DNA of 12,402 bases, taken from the NCBI GenBank assembly GCA_031262365.1, contig JAISHW010000067.1, positions 1 to 12,402 on the forward strand, in the 5' to 3' direction. The stretch comes from Lentimicrobiaceae bacterium. GTDB taxonomy: Bacteria; Bacteroidota; Bacteroidia; Bacteroidales; F082. This document shows positions 1 to 7,912 of this stretch, one piece after another (the stretch's first letter is position 1; the number at the start of each line of letters is the position of its first letter). The notes under the pieces were generated by a model. That model saw only the letters and a list, made by a program, of their open reading frames with translations, did no database searches and was not told the origin of the DNA. The position numbers and the translations under genes were made by a program.

Positions 1-314
1 AACGAGTTCTGCTACAAATTTAATAGACGATATTTCGGCGAATGCCTGTTTGATAGACTGATGGTGGCTGCCGTCAGCTACAAAAATCAATTTAGGTATA
101 ACGGCGGATAATCATTAATAGTTATTAACCCGACGTTCATTAAAACGTATTTTATTTACATATAATACGTTTATATTAAGCGAATTATGTTTCTTGATAT
201 TATCGATTAATTAACGTCTGGTTAATAAAAGAATATCCTTATCCGAAATTCGCAGGTAATTTCGGACATTAGATAAAGGTTTAAGTACAATACAATAAGA
301 GAAAAGACTGCACC

Positions 315-345
315 TTGAGCCGATTCAAAATATTAATCGGCTCAA
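315..345 (-). terminator. Hairpin (11-bp stem TTGAGCCGATT/AATCGGCTCAA, 9-nt loop) about 22 nt downstream of the GS stop; on the minus strand it is followed by a moderately T-rich stretch.
   Basis: Perfect inverted repeat read directly from the sequence, sitting 3' of the minus-strand GS gene (stop codon 367-369). Confidence 0.4.
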
Positions 346-366
346 AATATGTATAACTTTTCTATT

Positions 367-1872
367 TTATCCTATATAAAAGTATTTGCTTACCAATGCT
401 AAAATTTTGTTGGTGTCGGTTCCTAGTTCTTCGCGCAGATGTGTGTCATCATATTTACGCAAGTTAGCAATCAAGAAATCGAGAATATTTTCTGAGAACA
501 CGCCTCTTTCAAGATAAATCTGTTTGCTGCGTTCCAAAGCGTCAGCCGAGGCCACACAACTGCTCGGCAGTTGTTCCAATTCGCTTTGTTTTGCTTTGTT
601 TGCGGCTTCGAAAATATTGACAGCCACATACGTTTTTTCGGCTACATCGAGTCCGTTTTGCATTTCTAAGCCAATACGAGCACTGACCGTCAAACCGGCC
701 ATCAACAAGTAAACATCAGCCGAACAATCACTTGCACGCCATTCAACAGTTTGTTTTTGCGAGAAATCGTGTTTTAGATGCGGTTCTTGCGGATTCACTT
801 CCGAAATCATATCGGTAGCTTCGTTTGTCCAACCGAGCGGCACGCGAACCAAAACCGAGCGGTTGCTGTCGCCCCAACAAATATTTGTCGGAGCTTCTTG
901 ATGCGGCACCAAACGCAAATACGAAGTCGGATTGGTATTTCCAAAAGCTGTAAGCGAAGCTGCAAGGGTCATGTAACCCGCAATAACACGTTTTGCTACA
1001 TCGCTAAGTTTGCCGTTCTCAAGCATGACACTTTTACCGTTTTTCATTAATCGCGTGTGAATGTGCATACCACTACCGGCTTTTCCAACAGTGATTTTTG
1101 GTGCAAACGTAATCGTTATACCATATTGATACGCCAGCTGACGCATGATCCATTTTGCAACAACGAGCTGATCGGCAGCATCTTCTACATTTGTCGGTAA
1201 AAATTCGATTTCATTTTGTTCGTAAATTTTTCCTTCGTGTGTAAACGAACCTACTTCAGCATGTCCGTATTTTATCAATCCTCCTGCTTGTGCAATCAAA
1301 CGCATCGCTTCAGTACGGTATCCACCAAATTTATTAAATGGCGATGATTCGTGATAGCCTTTTTGGTTTACTGCCGGATACAATTCGTCTTCTTCGGCAA
1401 TGATATAATATTCTAATTCGCCCATTGTTTCGAAGCTATAGCCCGTGCTTTCGATCATGGCTTTGTGTGCTTTTTTCAAAATATATTCGGGTGAGCTTTC
1501 GAATGGTTTTCCATGACGGTTAAAGAACGAGCACAAAATATCAAGAGTGGGCGTTTCGGCAAACGGGTTTACAAAGGCGGTTTTATACTTCGGAACAACA
1601 TATAAATCGCTCGATCCGGTTTCAACAAATGGGAAAAGACTTGATCCGTCGACACGTTCGCCCGACGACAAAATATCGTCTAAATGTTCAATACTGTTAA
1701 TCACAAAGTTGAGTGTTTTCAACCGACCATCCCATCCGCAATAGCGGAAATTGATCATTTCGATATTGTTTTCTTTTACAAAACGAATCAAATCAGCTTT
1801 CGTAAACTGGTCGGTTGGTTTTTTCAGGTATTGTACCAGCAAGTTGGGATTCATCGCAATATTTTCATTCAT
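367..1872 (-). CDS. glnA: Glutamine synthetase (GlnA family, ~500 aa form).
   Basis: Translation contains the GS hallmarks GSGMHIHTRL (the G-G-H-H-S motif) and NPTSYLRLVPHQEAP (compare E. coli NSYKRLVPGYEAP), plus an N-terminal beta-grasp-like region. The ORF track starts at 1962 on a TTG; the first ATG (MNENIAMN...) is at 1870-1872 and matches the usual GS N-terminus, so I place the start there. Confidence 0.85.
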   Translation of the reverse strand: MNENIAMNPNLLVQYLKKPTDQFTKADLIRFVKENNIEMINFRYCGWDGRLKTLNFVINSIEHLDDILSSGERVDGSSLFPFVETGSSDLYVVPKYKTAFVNPFAETPTLDILCSFFNRHGKPFESSPEYILKKAHKAMIESTGYSFETMGELEYYIIAEEDELYPAVNQKGYHESSPFNKFGGYRTEAMRLIAQAGGLIKYGHAEVGSFTHEGKIYEQNEIEFLPTNVEDAADQLVVAKWIMRQLAYQYGITITFAPKITVGKAGSGMHIHTRLMKNGKSVMLENGKLSDVAKRVIAGYMTLAASLTAFGNTNPTSYLRLVPHQEAPTNICWGDSNRSVLVRVPLGWTNEATDMISEVNPQEPHLKHDFSQKQTVEWRASDCSADVYLLMAGLTVSARIGLEMQNGLDVAEKTYVAVNIFEAANKAKQSELEQLPSSCVASADALERSKQIYLERGVFSENILDFLIANLRKYDDTHLREELGTDTNKILALVSKYFYIG

Positions 1873-2026
1873 GTTGATTTCTCCTTGTATTTTTATGATT
1901 AAATGATGCTTTTTAAAGTTATTTTCAGTGCTTTTTAAGAGCACAATCGCTTGAGAACGCAAACATATAAAATATAGTTTGTCGTTTCAATGTTTCTTTC
2001 GTTTTGAAACGGTTTGTTTCGAAAAT

Positions 2027-3082
2027 TTAGAACTTTTTAATCACTGCTTCCGCAATTTTATCAAATGCTTGCGTAACAGGCGATTTTTCATCGAGAGCTA
2101 TAGGACTTCCTTTGTCGCCCGAAGCCGCAACGGCTTCGACCATCGGAATTTTTCCTATAAGCGGAATGCTTAATTCTTTGGCAAACTGCTCGCCATAACC
2201 CGTTCCGAAAATGTAATATTTTTTTTCAGGCATGTCTTCCGGTGTGAAATAAGCCATATTTTCGATTACGCCGAGCAATGGAATTTCGAGTTCTTTTGTT
2301 TTGAACATGCTTGCGGCACGTTTCACATCGGCAAGTGCCACTTTTTGAGGTGTCGTTACAATCACAGCACCTGATATTTTGTACACTTGCGCCAACGTAA
2401 GCTGAATATCGCCCGTTCCGGGCGGAAGATCGACAATCAGGTAATCGAGTTTTCCCCATAAACCGTCGCCAAGCAATTGATTTAAAGCACCCGTAGCCAT
2501 TGGTCCACGCCAGATCAAAGGTTGTTCGGGCGTTACAAAGAAACCGATTGATAATACTTTGACACCGTATTTTTCGATCGGAATAATAATTGGTTTTCCG
2601 CCTTGTTCAAACACTTCAGGTTTTGTCTCAACAAGATCGAACATCGTTGGAACAGATGGTCCGTAAATATCGGCATCGACGAGTCCTACTTTTTTGCCTG
2701 CCCGCGACAAAGCAATAGCCAAGTTGGCAGCTACGGTCGATTTGCCTACGCCGCCTTTCCCCGATGCAATAGCAATAATATGTTTCACTTCGTTCAGCGA
2801 AGGTGCACCTTTTGAGGCTTCCAAAACAGGTGTAATTTGTACGTCAAGGTTGTTGCCAAAAATTTCGCGTAGCGTTTTTGTTGCCGCATTGATAAGTATC
2901 TCTCGCGCTTTTTCGTTGTTCTTTGATAACACCAAATCGAAGCTAATGCTATTTTCCTGAATTTCAATATTTCCGACCATTCCAAGATCAATAATATTGT
3001 CGGAATCGTGGAACGATATGACGTTTCGGAGTGCTTCAATTACATTTAATTTCGTTAATTCCATATTCGTAAAATTTGCCAT
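2027..3082 (-). CDS. apbC: Mrp/ApbC/NBP35-family iron-sulfur cluster carrier ATPase with an N-terminal DUF59 (MIP18-like) domain.
   Basis: Deviant Walker A SGKGGVGKST, ParA/MinD-like fold motifs (DADIYGPS, DLPPGTGD) and an N-terminal ~90 aa DUF59-like segment. The start codon is ATG. Confidence 0.9.
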   Translation of the reverse strand: MANFTNMELTKLNVIEALRNVISFHDSDNIIDLGMVGNIEIQENSISFDLVLSKNNEKAREILINAATKTLREIFGNNLDVQITPVLEASKGAPSLNEVKHIIAIASGKGGVGKSTVAANLAIALSRAGKKVGLVDADIYGPSVPTMFDLVETKPEVFEQGGKPIIIPIEKYGVKVLSIGFFVTPEQPLIWRGPMATGALNQLLGDGLWGKLDYLIVDLPPGTGDIQLTLAQVYKISGAVIVTTPQKVALADVKRAASMFKTKELEIPLLGVIENMAYFTPEDMPEKKYYIFGTGYGEQFAKELSIPLIGKIPMVEAVAASGDKGSPIALDEKSPVTQAFDKIAEAVIKKF

Positions 3083-3119
3083 TTATCCTGTAAAAATAGG
3101 CTTTTCAAATGAATGTTTC

Positions 3120-3905
3120 TTAGCTTAACCTTAAAAATTCGAGGCAAGAAGTCATAAAGGCTTCGGGTTGGTCGACATGGAGCCAATGCGAGGCGTTTTC
3201 AATCGTTTTTAGTGTAACATTAGGAAAAAATTGTTTCAAAAAATCGAAATCGGATTGTTCAACGAAACCCGATGTTTCGGAGCGCAGACAAAGTGTGGGT
3301 TTTTCGTAACCGTTTGTTGGTTCTTTGGGGGCATTTAGGCGTAAAATATTTTCTTTCAATTGCTCTAAATTCGAACGCCACGCAAATGTTTTTTCTTTTG
3401 TTCGATACAAATTTTTCAGCAAAAAATTGCGCATTTTTTTCGTGTCGAGCTGTTCGGATAAAGTTTTTTCTATTTCGCTTATCGAATTGTATTTCGAAAG
3501 ATCGAGTTGTTGCATGATCCGAATCAAATCAAGGTGTTGATACAACTTCTTAAAAGGCGACAATGCCGTATCGGCAAGTATTAGTTTGCTTATTTTTTCC
3601 GGTTTTTCGAGAGCCATCAAAGCTGCTAATTTTCCGCCCATGCTATGTCCGAGTAAAATCGGCAATTCAAGTTTTTGATTTTCAATCAAGTTCCAGACAT
3701 CAGCCGCCATCACTTCGAAATTAAAAACATCGTTGTGAGGCGATCTTCCATGATTTCTAAGATCGGGAATAACAACGTAAAATCCGTTTTCGACAAATTG
3801 TTTGGCAAACGGAATCCAATTGTCGGAAATACCCAGTAAACCATGCAAAATAAGTATCACAGGTTGATTTTTAACGCCATACTCTCTAAAAAAAAGCTCG
3901 ACCAT
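3120..3905 (-). CDS. Alpha/beta-fold hydrolase (esterase, YbfF/MenH-like).
   Basis: HGLLGISDNW oxyanion-region motif, GHSMGG nucleophile elbow and a C-terminal His (ENASHW), in ~260 aa. The track start at 3911 is a TTG; the first ATG is at 3903-3905. Confidence 0.75.
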   Translation of the reverse strand: MVELFFREYGVKNQPVILILHGLLGISDNWIPFAKQFVENGFYVVIPDLRNHGRSPHNDVFNFEVMAADVWNLIENQKLELPILLGHSMGGKLAALMALEKPEKISKLILADTALSPFKKLYQHLDLIRIMQQLDLSKYNSISEIEKTLSEQLDTKKMRNFLLKNLYRTKEKTFAWRSNLEQLKENILRLNAPKEPTNGYEKPTLCLRSETSGFVEQSDFDFLKQFFPNVTLKTIENASHWLHVDQPEAFMTSCLEFLRLS

Positions 3906-3930
3906 CAGCAAGTTGAATTAGTTGATATTG

Positions 3931-3985
3931 AAAACTGTGAGTCATAAATATTTTCAGACTAAAAATATTTATGACTCACAGTTTT
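3931..3985. terminator. Perfect 24-bp inverted repeat (AAAACTGTGAGTCATAAATATTTT, 7-nt loop, then the reverse complement) in the intergenic region. It is a likely intrinsic terminator at the end of the four-gene block and is flanked by T-runs on both strands.
   Basis: Read directly from the sequence. The arms are 3931-3954 and 3962-3985 and are exact reverse complements. The element lies between the stop of the 4060..5253 gene and the start of the hydrolase gene. Confidence 0.55.
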
Positions 3986-4059
3986 ATGGATACTTTACAC
4001 CAAGCATTTTTGAGGCTATTCTCTATGTTTGATGTAAGTACTTCTTTTTTAGAAGTTTA

Positions 4060-5253
4060 TTATTTTCCTGCGGACTCTTTTTTTGCGGCTTGATTGTTTT
4101 TTATTTGTTGAATCATTAGCTTTGCCTTAGGAATTAAGTCGTAATTACGAATAAGTCCTGCGATGGTAGAATAAACCATTAAGAACATTGAAGTAATACA
4201 GATTACGACCAACGCAGCAGCAAGGAATGCAAATTTCATTGCATAAATCAGCATGCCGTTGTCATCTCTTGTTGTTGTGCCATCACTCCATTTGGTAACC
4301 GTTTCGGTAACCTGAAGTCCTGCTGCAACACTGGCAAGTCCGCCCGCAAGCATCAAACTCAGTTTTTTGATACCACCCAATACTTTGGCTTCGGTGCGGT
4401 AGCGACTCATCAAATAACCGAATGGACGTTCGGCAAAGATGTAAAGCGGAATGAGAATAATAAAAAATGCTGTCCAAAAATACAACGCACGATGGCTACC
4501 TTTGGCGTTATCTATCCACTCTTCTTTTTCTTTGATAGCCATTTTATGCACATCTTTGTTCGATGCCTTTTTTAAGTCAGCCAATTTTTCTTCATAGTCT
4601 TTCTTTCTTTTTTGAGAGTTTTTTAACCATTCTTGATACCTTTTTTTAACGTCTTTGTTTACAGCTGTATCAAGTACCGATTCGTTTCGTTTGATATCAT
4701 CACTTGCTCCTTTAATGTTGCTCTCAATGCTAGTAATCTGTCTTGTTTTGTAAGCGGCAATTGCCGAATCATTCCATTTTTCGATGGTGGTCAACTCTTT
4801 CTGATGGCGTTTCACGTTTTCTTCTGCATCGCCGGTTTGGTAATTTAAAAAGATGATGGAAACGATAACGCCGATGATAATCATCCACGAGAAATTCCAG
4901 TGGCGTTTACGAGACCAATCAATAATATCACGCATTTCAGACAAGTATGATTTAAGTTCACGGTCTGACTGATCGTCGATAGCATTTGTGGCTTGTGTAA
5001 CTAAAGCATCCATGCGCAATGTTTCGTCGAGCGAAGTTGGATAGATATCATCATCGTTGATTTCTCTTCCTTTTTTATTTTTTTTCTGAACATGCTTCGA
5101 AACGTTCGTTGCTTCGTAGAGCAGTTCATAAGCGCGTTGATTTTTTACGCCGCTTTCTTCTGCATTTTTAATGTCTTCTTTCGAAAAAGAGACATATCCC
5201 ATTTCTTTTGCTTTCTTTCCTTTAGGGATTTTTGCTTCTTTCTTTTTTGCCAT
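4060..5253 (-). CDS. Hypothetical membrane protein. It has a Lys-rich N-terminus (MAKKKEAKIPKGKKAK), long coiled-coil-like hydrophilic regions, one central TM segment and about three C-terminal TM segments.
   Basis: 397 aa ORF with an ATG start. Hydrophobic segments WMIIIGVIVSIIFLNY, ALYFWTAFFIILIPLYIF, LSLMLAGGLASVAAGL and FAFLAAALVVICITSMFLMVY. Last gene of the co-directional block, 53 bp downstream of the previous gene. Confidence 0.6.
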   Translation of the reverse strand: MAKKKEAKIPKGKKAKEMGYVSFSKEDIKNAEESGVKNQRAYELLYEATNVSKHVQKKNKKGREINDDDIYPTSLDETLRMDALVTQATNAIDDQSDRELKSYLSEMRDIIDWSRKRHWNFSWMIIIGVIVSIIFLNYQTGDAEENVKRHQKELTTIEKWNDSAIAAYKTRQITSIESNIKGASDDIKRNESVLDTAVNKDVKKRYQEWLKNSQKRKKDYEEKLADLKKASNKDVHKMAIKEKEEWIDNAKGSHRALYFWTAFFIILIPLYIFAERPFGYLMSRYRTEAKVLGGIKKLSLMLAGGLASVAAGLQVTETVTKWSDGTTTRDDNGMLIYAMKFAFLAAALVVICITSMFLMVYSTIAGLIRNYDLIPKAKLMIQQIKNNQAAKKESAGK

Positions 5254-5306
5254 AATGTAAAAGTTTTAAATCATTTAGTTTTTGTGAATGTTAATGTTAG
5301 GTAAAC

Positions 5307-7112
5307 TTATTTATTTTTAAATGAGTTAACGAGTTTATCGAGTGCATGTTTAAATTCGCGTGGATCGGAAGTGCGATCGGTCGAGTAGGAAAGTGTGTCG
5401 TTTGGGTTTTGATTTTGGTATTCGAATACGCTTTCGTCGGGCAGGTTGATCGAAATATCGCCAAAACTGAGTGTGTCTTCGGTCAAACGTACAGATTTGA
5501 TGTCGGAATAGAAAGCTGTTTCGGCTTCGCCAACTTCGAGTTTGTCTTCGTAGATACGCCAGTCGCTACGGAATACAGATACGTGCGTATCTTCCAAAAT
5601 TGCCACAACGTATTCGACTCCCGAATCGGCGTAATTTTCGCCGTCTTCGGCATATTTAAAGTAGTCGCTGATGAATAATGTTTTTCCCTCGAGGTCTTCT
5701 TCGTGTATGCCATGGTATTCGAATTCGGCATCGACAATGGTTGGCATGTATCGAAAAATAAAGTTTTCCATTTGCCGGTTTGTCGGTTTGGTGTTGTACA
5801 TTTCGATTTCGTAAGCATAGTTGTCGTTCAACATTTTGTTGTGAGCAGCGATATCGCTACGTTCTTTAGCGATGCCCGACAGTCGCGAAATGGTTGTCCA
5901 AATCCATATAATCAGCGGCAAGAAAAGCACGAGAGCCCAAATCAGACTTTGCCATTCTTTTTTGAAACCTAACACGGATAGTTGGTTTTTGTCTTTTCCT
6001 TTACCTTCTACTTTTGCAAGAATAAAGTGTTTTGCATAGAAGACACTGTCTTCGCGTGCTTGTTCGATGCTGTCGTTGTAAGTTTTTTTGTACTCAATTT
6101 CTCTTTCTTTTTTCGTAAAAGGTTTGCTTCGTATGCTTTCGTATTCGCTCAGCATTTCGGCTACGGTTTTATTTCCGATTGTTGTTTCCATTTCGCCGAT
6201 TCCTAATTTTGCAACGGTAAGAATGACGTAAAGAACGAGTGTAAGCAATACGGTGAGTATCAGTTTCCAGATGCGGTTTACAATAGGATAACCTGGTTTT
6301 TTGAGATACAAATATTCGGGAGGTAGCCGATTGTAGTCGGTTCCGGGTTTGATGGGTTTGAATCGGTAATCGAAAAATTGTTTGCGTTGTTCTGCTGTGA
6401 GATCCACGTATGCTTCGTCCTCTTCTTCTTGGTCAGTATCTTCATCATCATCTTCATCATCATCATCATCTTCTTCTCTATTTGTATCTACTTCATTCGC
6501 ACGACCTAAAACAATATCGAAACAATTCAGCGTTCGTTTCTCACGTATGGCGGCGTGTTCGAGAATTTCGTCCAAATCTTCCGGAAGGTAATCTTTTGCC
6601 ATATTGAATAAATCGTCAGCCGAGTCGCCTCTAACACGCAGTCCGTTAGCTGCATAATAGTCGTTTTTGATAGCGATGAGTAGCATGAGGTATTTGCATT
6701 TTGTCTCCATGCTAATGGCAGTTTTAAGATATTCTTCAATGCGGTCAATATCTTTTCCATCAAGTGTTTTGAGATTTTTTCCGCCGATGAGCGACAGTGC
6801 GTAGTAATAGTATACATCGGCATCAAGTGGCGACAGGTCGATGGCTTCTTTGAAGTTACGTTGCGCCAGTTCGTAGTTTTTCATGTTGAGGTACAAAAGT
6901 CCCATTGCGTAAAGTGCGTTGGTGTCTTTTGGGTTCTCTTTGGTTTTTTCCGAATAAAAATCGATGTATTCTTTTGCGATATTCGAGTCGATTTTCAACG
7001 GATTGCGTTTCGATTTGATGACATTTTGTGTTTTGCATCGCGAGCAAACGAGCGAGCCCGGTTTGAGTGGTGCACGACATCCGCCACATACTAATATTTC
7101 TAATTCAGCCAT
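5307..7112 (-). CDS. Multidomain protein: N-terminal C4 zinc ribbon (CGGC-x11-CSRC), TPR-like repeats, a poly-Asp/Glu tract (EEDDDDDEDDDEDTDQEEEDE), two TM segments and a ~190 aa C-terminal domain of unknown function.
   Basis: 601 aa ORF with an ATG start at 7110-7112 that directly abuts the upstream gene's TAA (TAAATG). Motifs were read from the translation. Confidence 0.65.
   Translation of the reverse strand: MAELEILVCGGCRAPLKPGSLVCSRCKTQNVIKSKRNPLKIDSNIAKEYIDFYSEKTKENPKDTNALYAMGLLYLNMKNYELAQRNFKEAIDLSPLDADVYYYYALSLIGGKNLKTLDGKDIDRIEEYLKTAISMETKCKYLMLLIAIKNDYYAANGLRVRGDSADDLFNMAKDYLPEDLDEILEHAAIREKRTLNCFDIVLGRANEVDTNREEDDDDDEDDDEDTDQEEEDEAYVDLTAEQRKQFFDYRFKPIKPGTDYNRLPPEYLYLKKPGYPIVNRIWKLILTVLLTLVLYVILTVAKLGIGEMETTIGNKTVAEMLSEYESIRSKPFTKKEREIEYKKTYNDSIEQAREDSVFYAKHFILAKVEGKGKDKNQLSVLGFKKEWQSLIWALVLFLPLIIWIWTTISRLSGIAKERSDIAAHNKMLNDNYAYEIEMYNTKPTNRQMENFIFRYMPTIVDAEFEYHGIHEEDLEGKTLFISDYFKYAEDGENYADSGVEYVVAILEDTHVSVFRSDWRIYEDKLEVGEAETAFYSDIKSVRLTEDTLSFGDISINLPDESVFEYQNQNPNDTLSYSTDRTSDPREFKHALDKLVNSFKNK
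6418..6478. repeat. Simple TCN/GAN trinucleotide-rich tract (tcttcatcatcatcttcatcatcatcatcatcttcttc) that encodes the poly-Asp/Glu run.
   Basis: Seen in the sequence. It is in frame with the 5307..7112 CDS. Confidence 0.5.
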
Positions 7113-7874
7113 TTAACTTCGGTTTATAGTTTTTAAAAATTCAATTTCTTTGATCGATGCGTCGACGAATTTTTTCACTTCGTTAGCAACAGCCGTGTTT
7201 GTTTCGTCGGTGCTGTTTTCGAATTTATCGACCAATGTTTCAGCTTTATCCAAAATGGTTTGTAGTTGATTTACCGTATCCGGATTGCGCAACACATTCG
7301 GTGTAATGGATTGAAAAGCGTTTGTCAGTCTATTAATATCCGAACGGTTTGCCGATTCGTCTTTGTACATGATGTTTTTTTCTTTGCTCAGCGATTCGTA
7401 ATGGTTTGCCAACGCCAACGATCTGCTTTTGAAAATGTTAATCGTATTTTTGTCGATCATAATCTGATCGGTATTTGCTTTGTGCTTGACATCAGTTTCG
7501 GCTAGTAAACCTCCAACAATAAGCCAAATTACAGTCAGAATGCTCAGAATCGAAATGTAATATTTCAGTGCCATTACATCCGAAAGTAACAGCGTATAAA
7601 TAAGCATGATAATCAATCCTGCAATGATGTAATAAAGCGCAAAAGGCCCCATGATTGAGTACATGGCTCCTGATGTATTATTTTTATCTGTACGGATAAA
7701 ATTGAAATAACCGAAAAAGATCAGTTCTAAGAGGCAGGTGTATCCGAGATTCAAATAAAATAAATCTTCGTTTTTTTCTTCGGGAGATAACAGAAAGAAT
7801 AATCCTATCGTAAGACCAATGGTAATCAATGGAATGAGTACTGCCGAGAAAAATGTAACTTGTTTCTTTGCCAT
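7113..7874 (-). CDS. Hypothetical membrane protein: four N-terminal TM helices followed by a ~120 aa coiled-coil-like cytoplasmic tail.
   Basis: 253 aa ORF with an ATG start. It lies 38 bp downstream of the SPFH gene, and its stop is immediately followed by the next gene's start codon. Hydrophobic helices VTFFSAVLIPLITIGLTIGLFFLL, LLELIFFGYFNF, FALYYIIAGLIIMLIYTLLL and ISILSILTVIWLIVGGLL. Confidence 0.6.
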   Translation of the reverse strand: MAKKQVTFFSAVLIPLITIGLTIGLFFLLSPEEKNEDLFYLNLGYTCLLELIFFGYFNFIRTDKNNTSGAMYSIMGPFALYYIIAGLIIMLIYTLLLSDVMALKYYISILSILTVIWLIVGGLLAETDVKHKANTDQIMIDKNTINIFKSRSLALANHYESLSKEKNIMYKDESANRSDINRLTNAFQSITPNVLRNPDTVNQLQTILDKAETLVDKFENSTDETNTAVANEVKKFVDASIKEIEFLKTINRS

Positions 7875-7912
7875 ATCAATAGTGTATTAATGGGTTAATA
7901 AATATGCGGTTT

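Noticed and set aside
1-114. An open frame at the window edge on both strands. Plus frame 1 reads to a TAA at 112-114 (...YFGECLFDRLMVAAVSYKNQFRYNGG*). Minus strand gives ...IFVADGSHHQSIKQAFAEISSIKFVAELV running out of the window.
   Set aside because: It is too short and truncated to assign strand or function. The minus-strand reading has no ATG, only TTG/ATT candidates, and neither reading contains a motif I recognise. It is left unannotated.
243-266. Inverted repeat CCGAAATT-cgcaggta-AATTTCGG downstream of glnA.
   Set aside because: It is an 8-bp AT-rich stem with an 8-nt loop. It is weaker than, and redundant with, the 315-345 hairpin, and is likely chance.
1983-2011. An 8-bp inverted repeat CGTTTCAA...TTGAAACG with a 13-nt loop, lying between the Mrp gene stop and the GS start.
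   Set aside because: The stem is short and AT-rich. It is plausible as a weak terminator or attenuator for the Mrp gene or as a glnA leader element, but it is not distinguishable from chance in AT-rich intergenic DNA.
5346-6607. Several plus-strand ORFs of 60-110 aa, including a His/Leu-rich and a Ser-rich ORF over the GAN repeat.
   Set aside because: All are antisense to, and fully contained in, the long minus-strand CDSs. The Ser/His/Leu-rich translations are artefacts of reading the acidic codon repeat in other frames.
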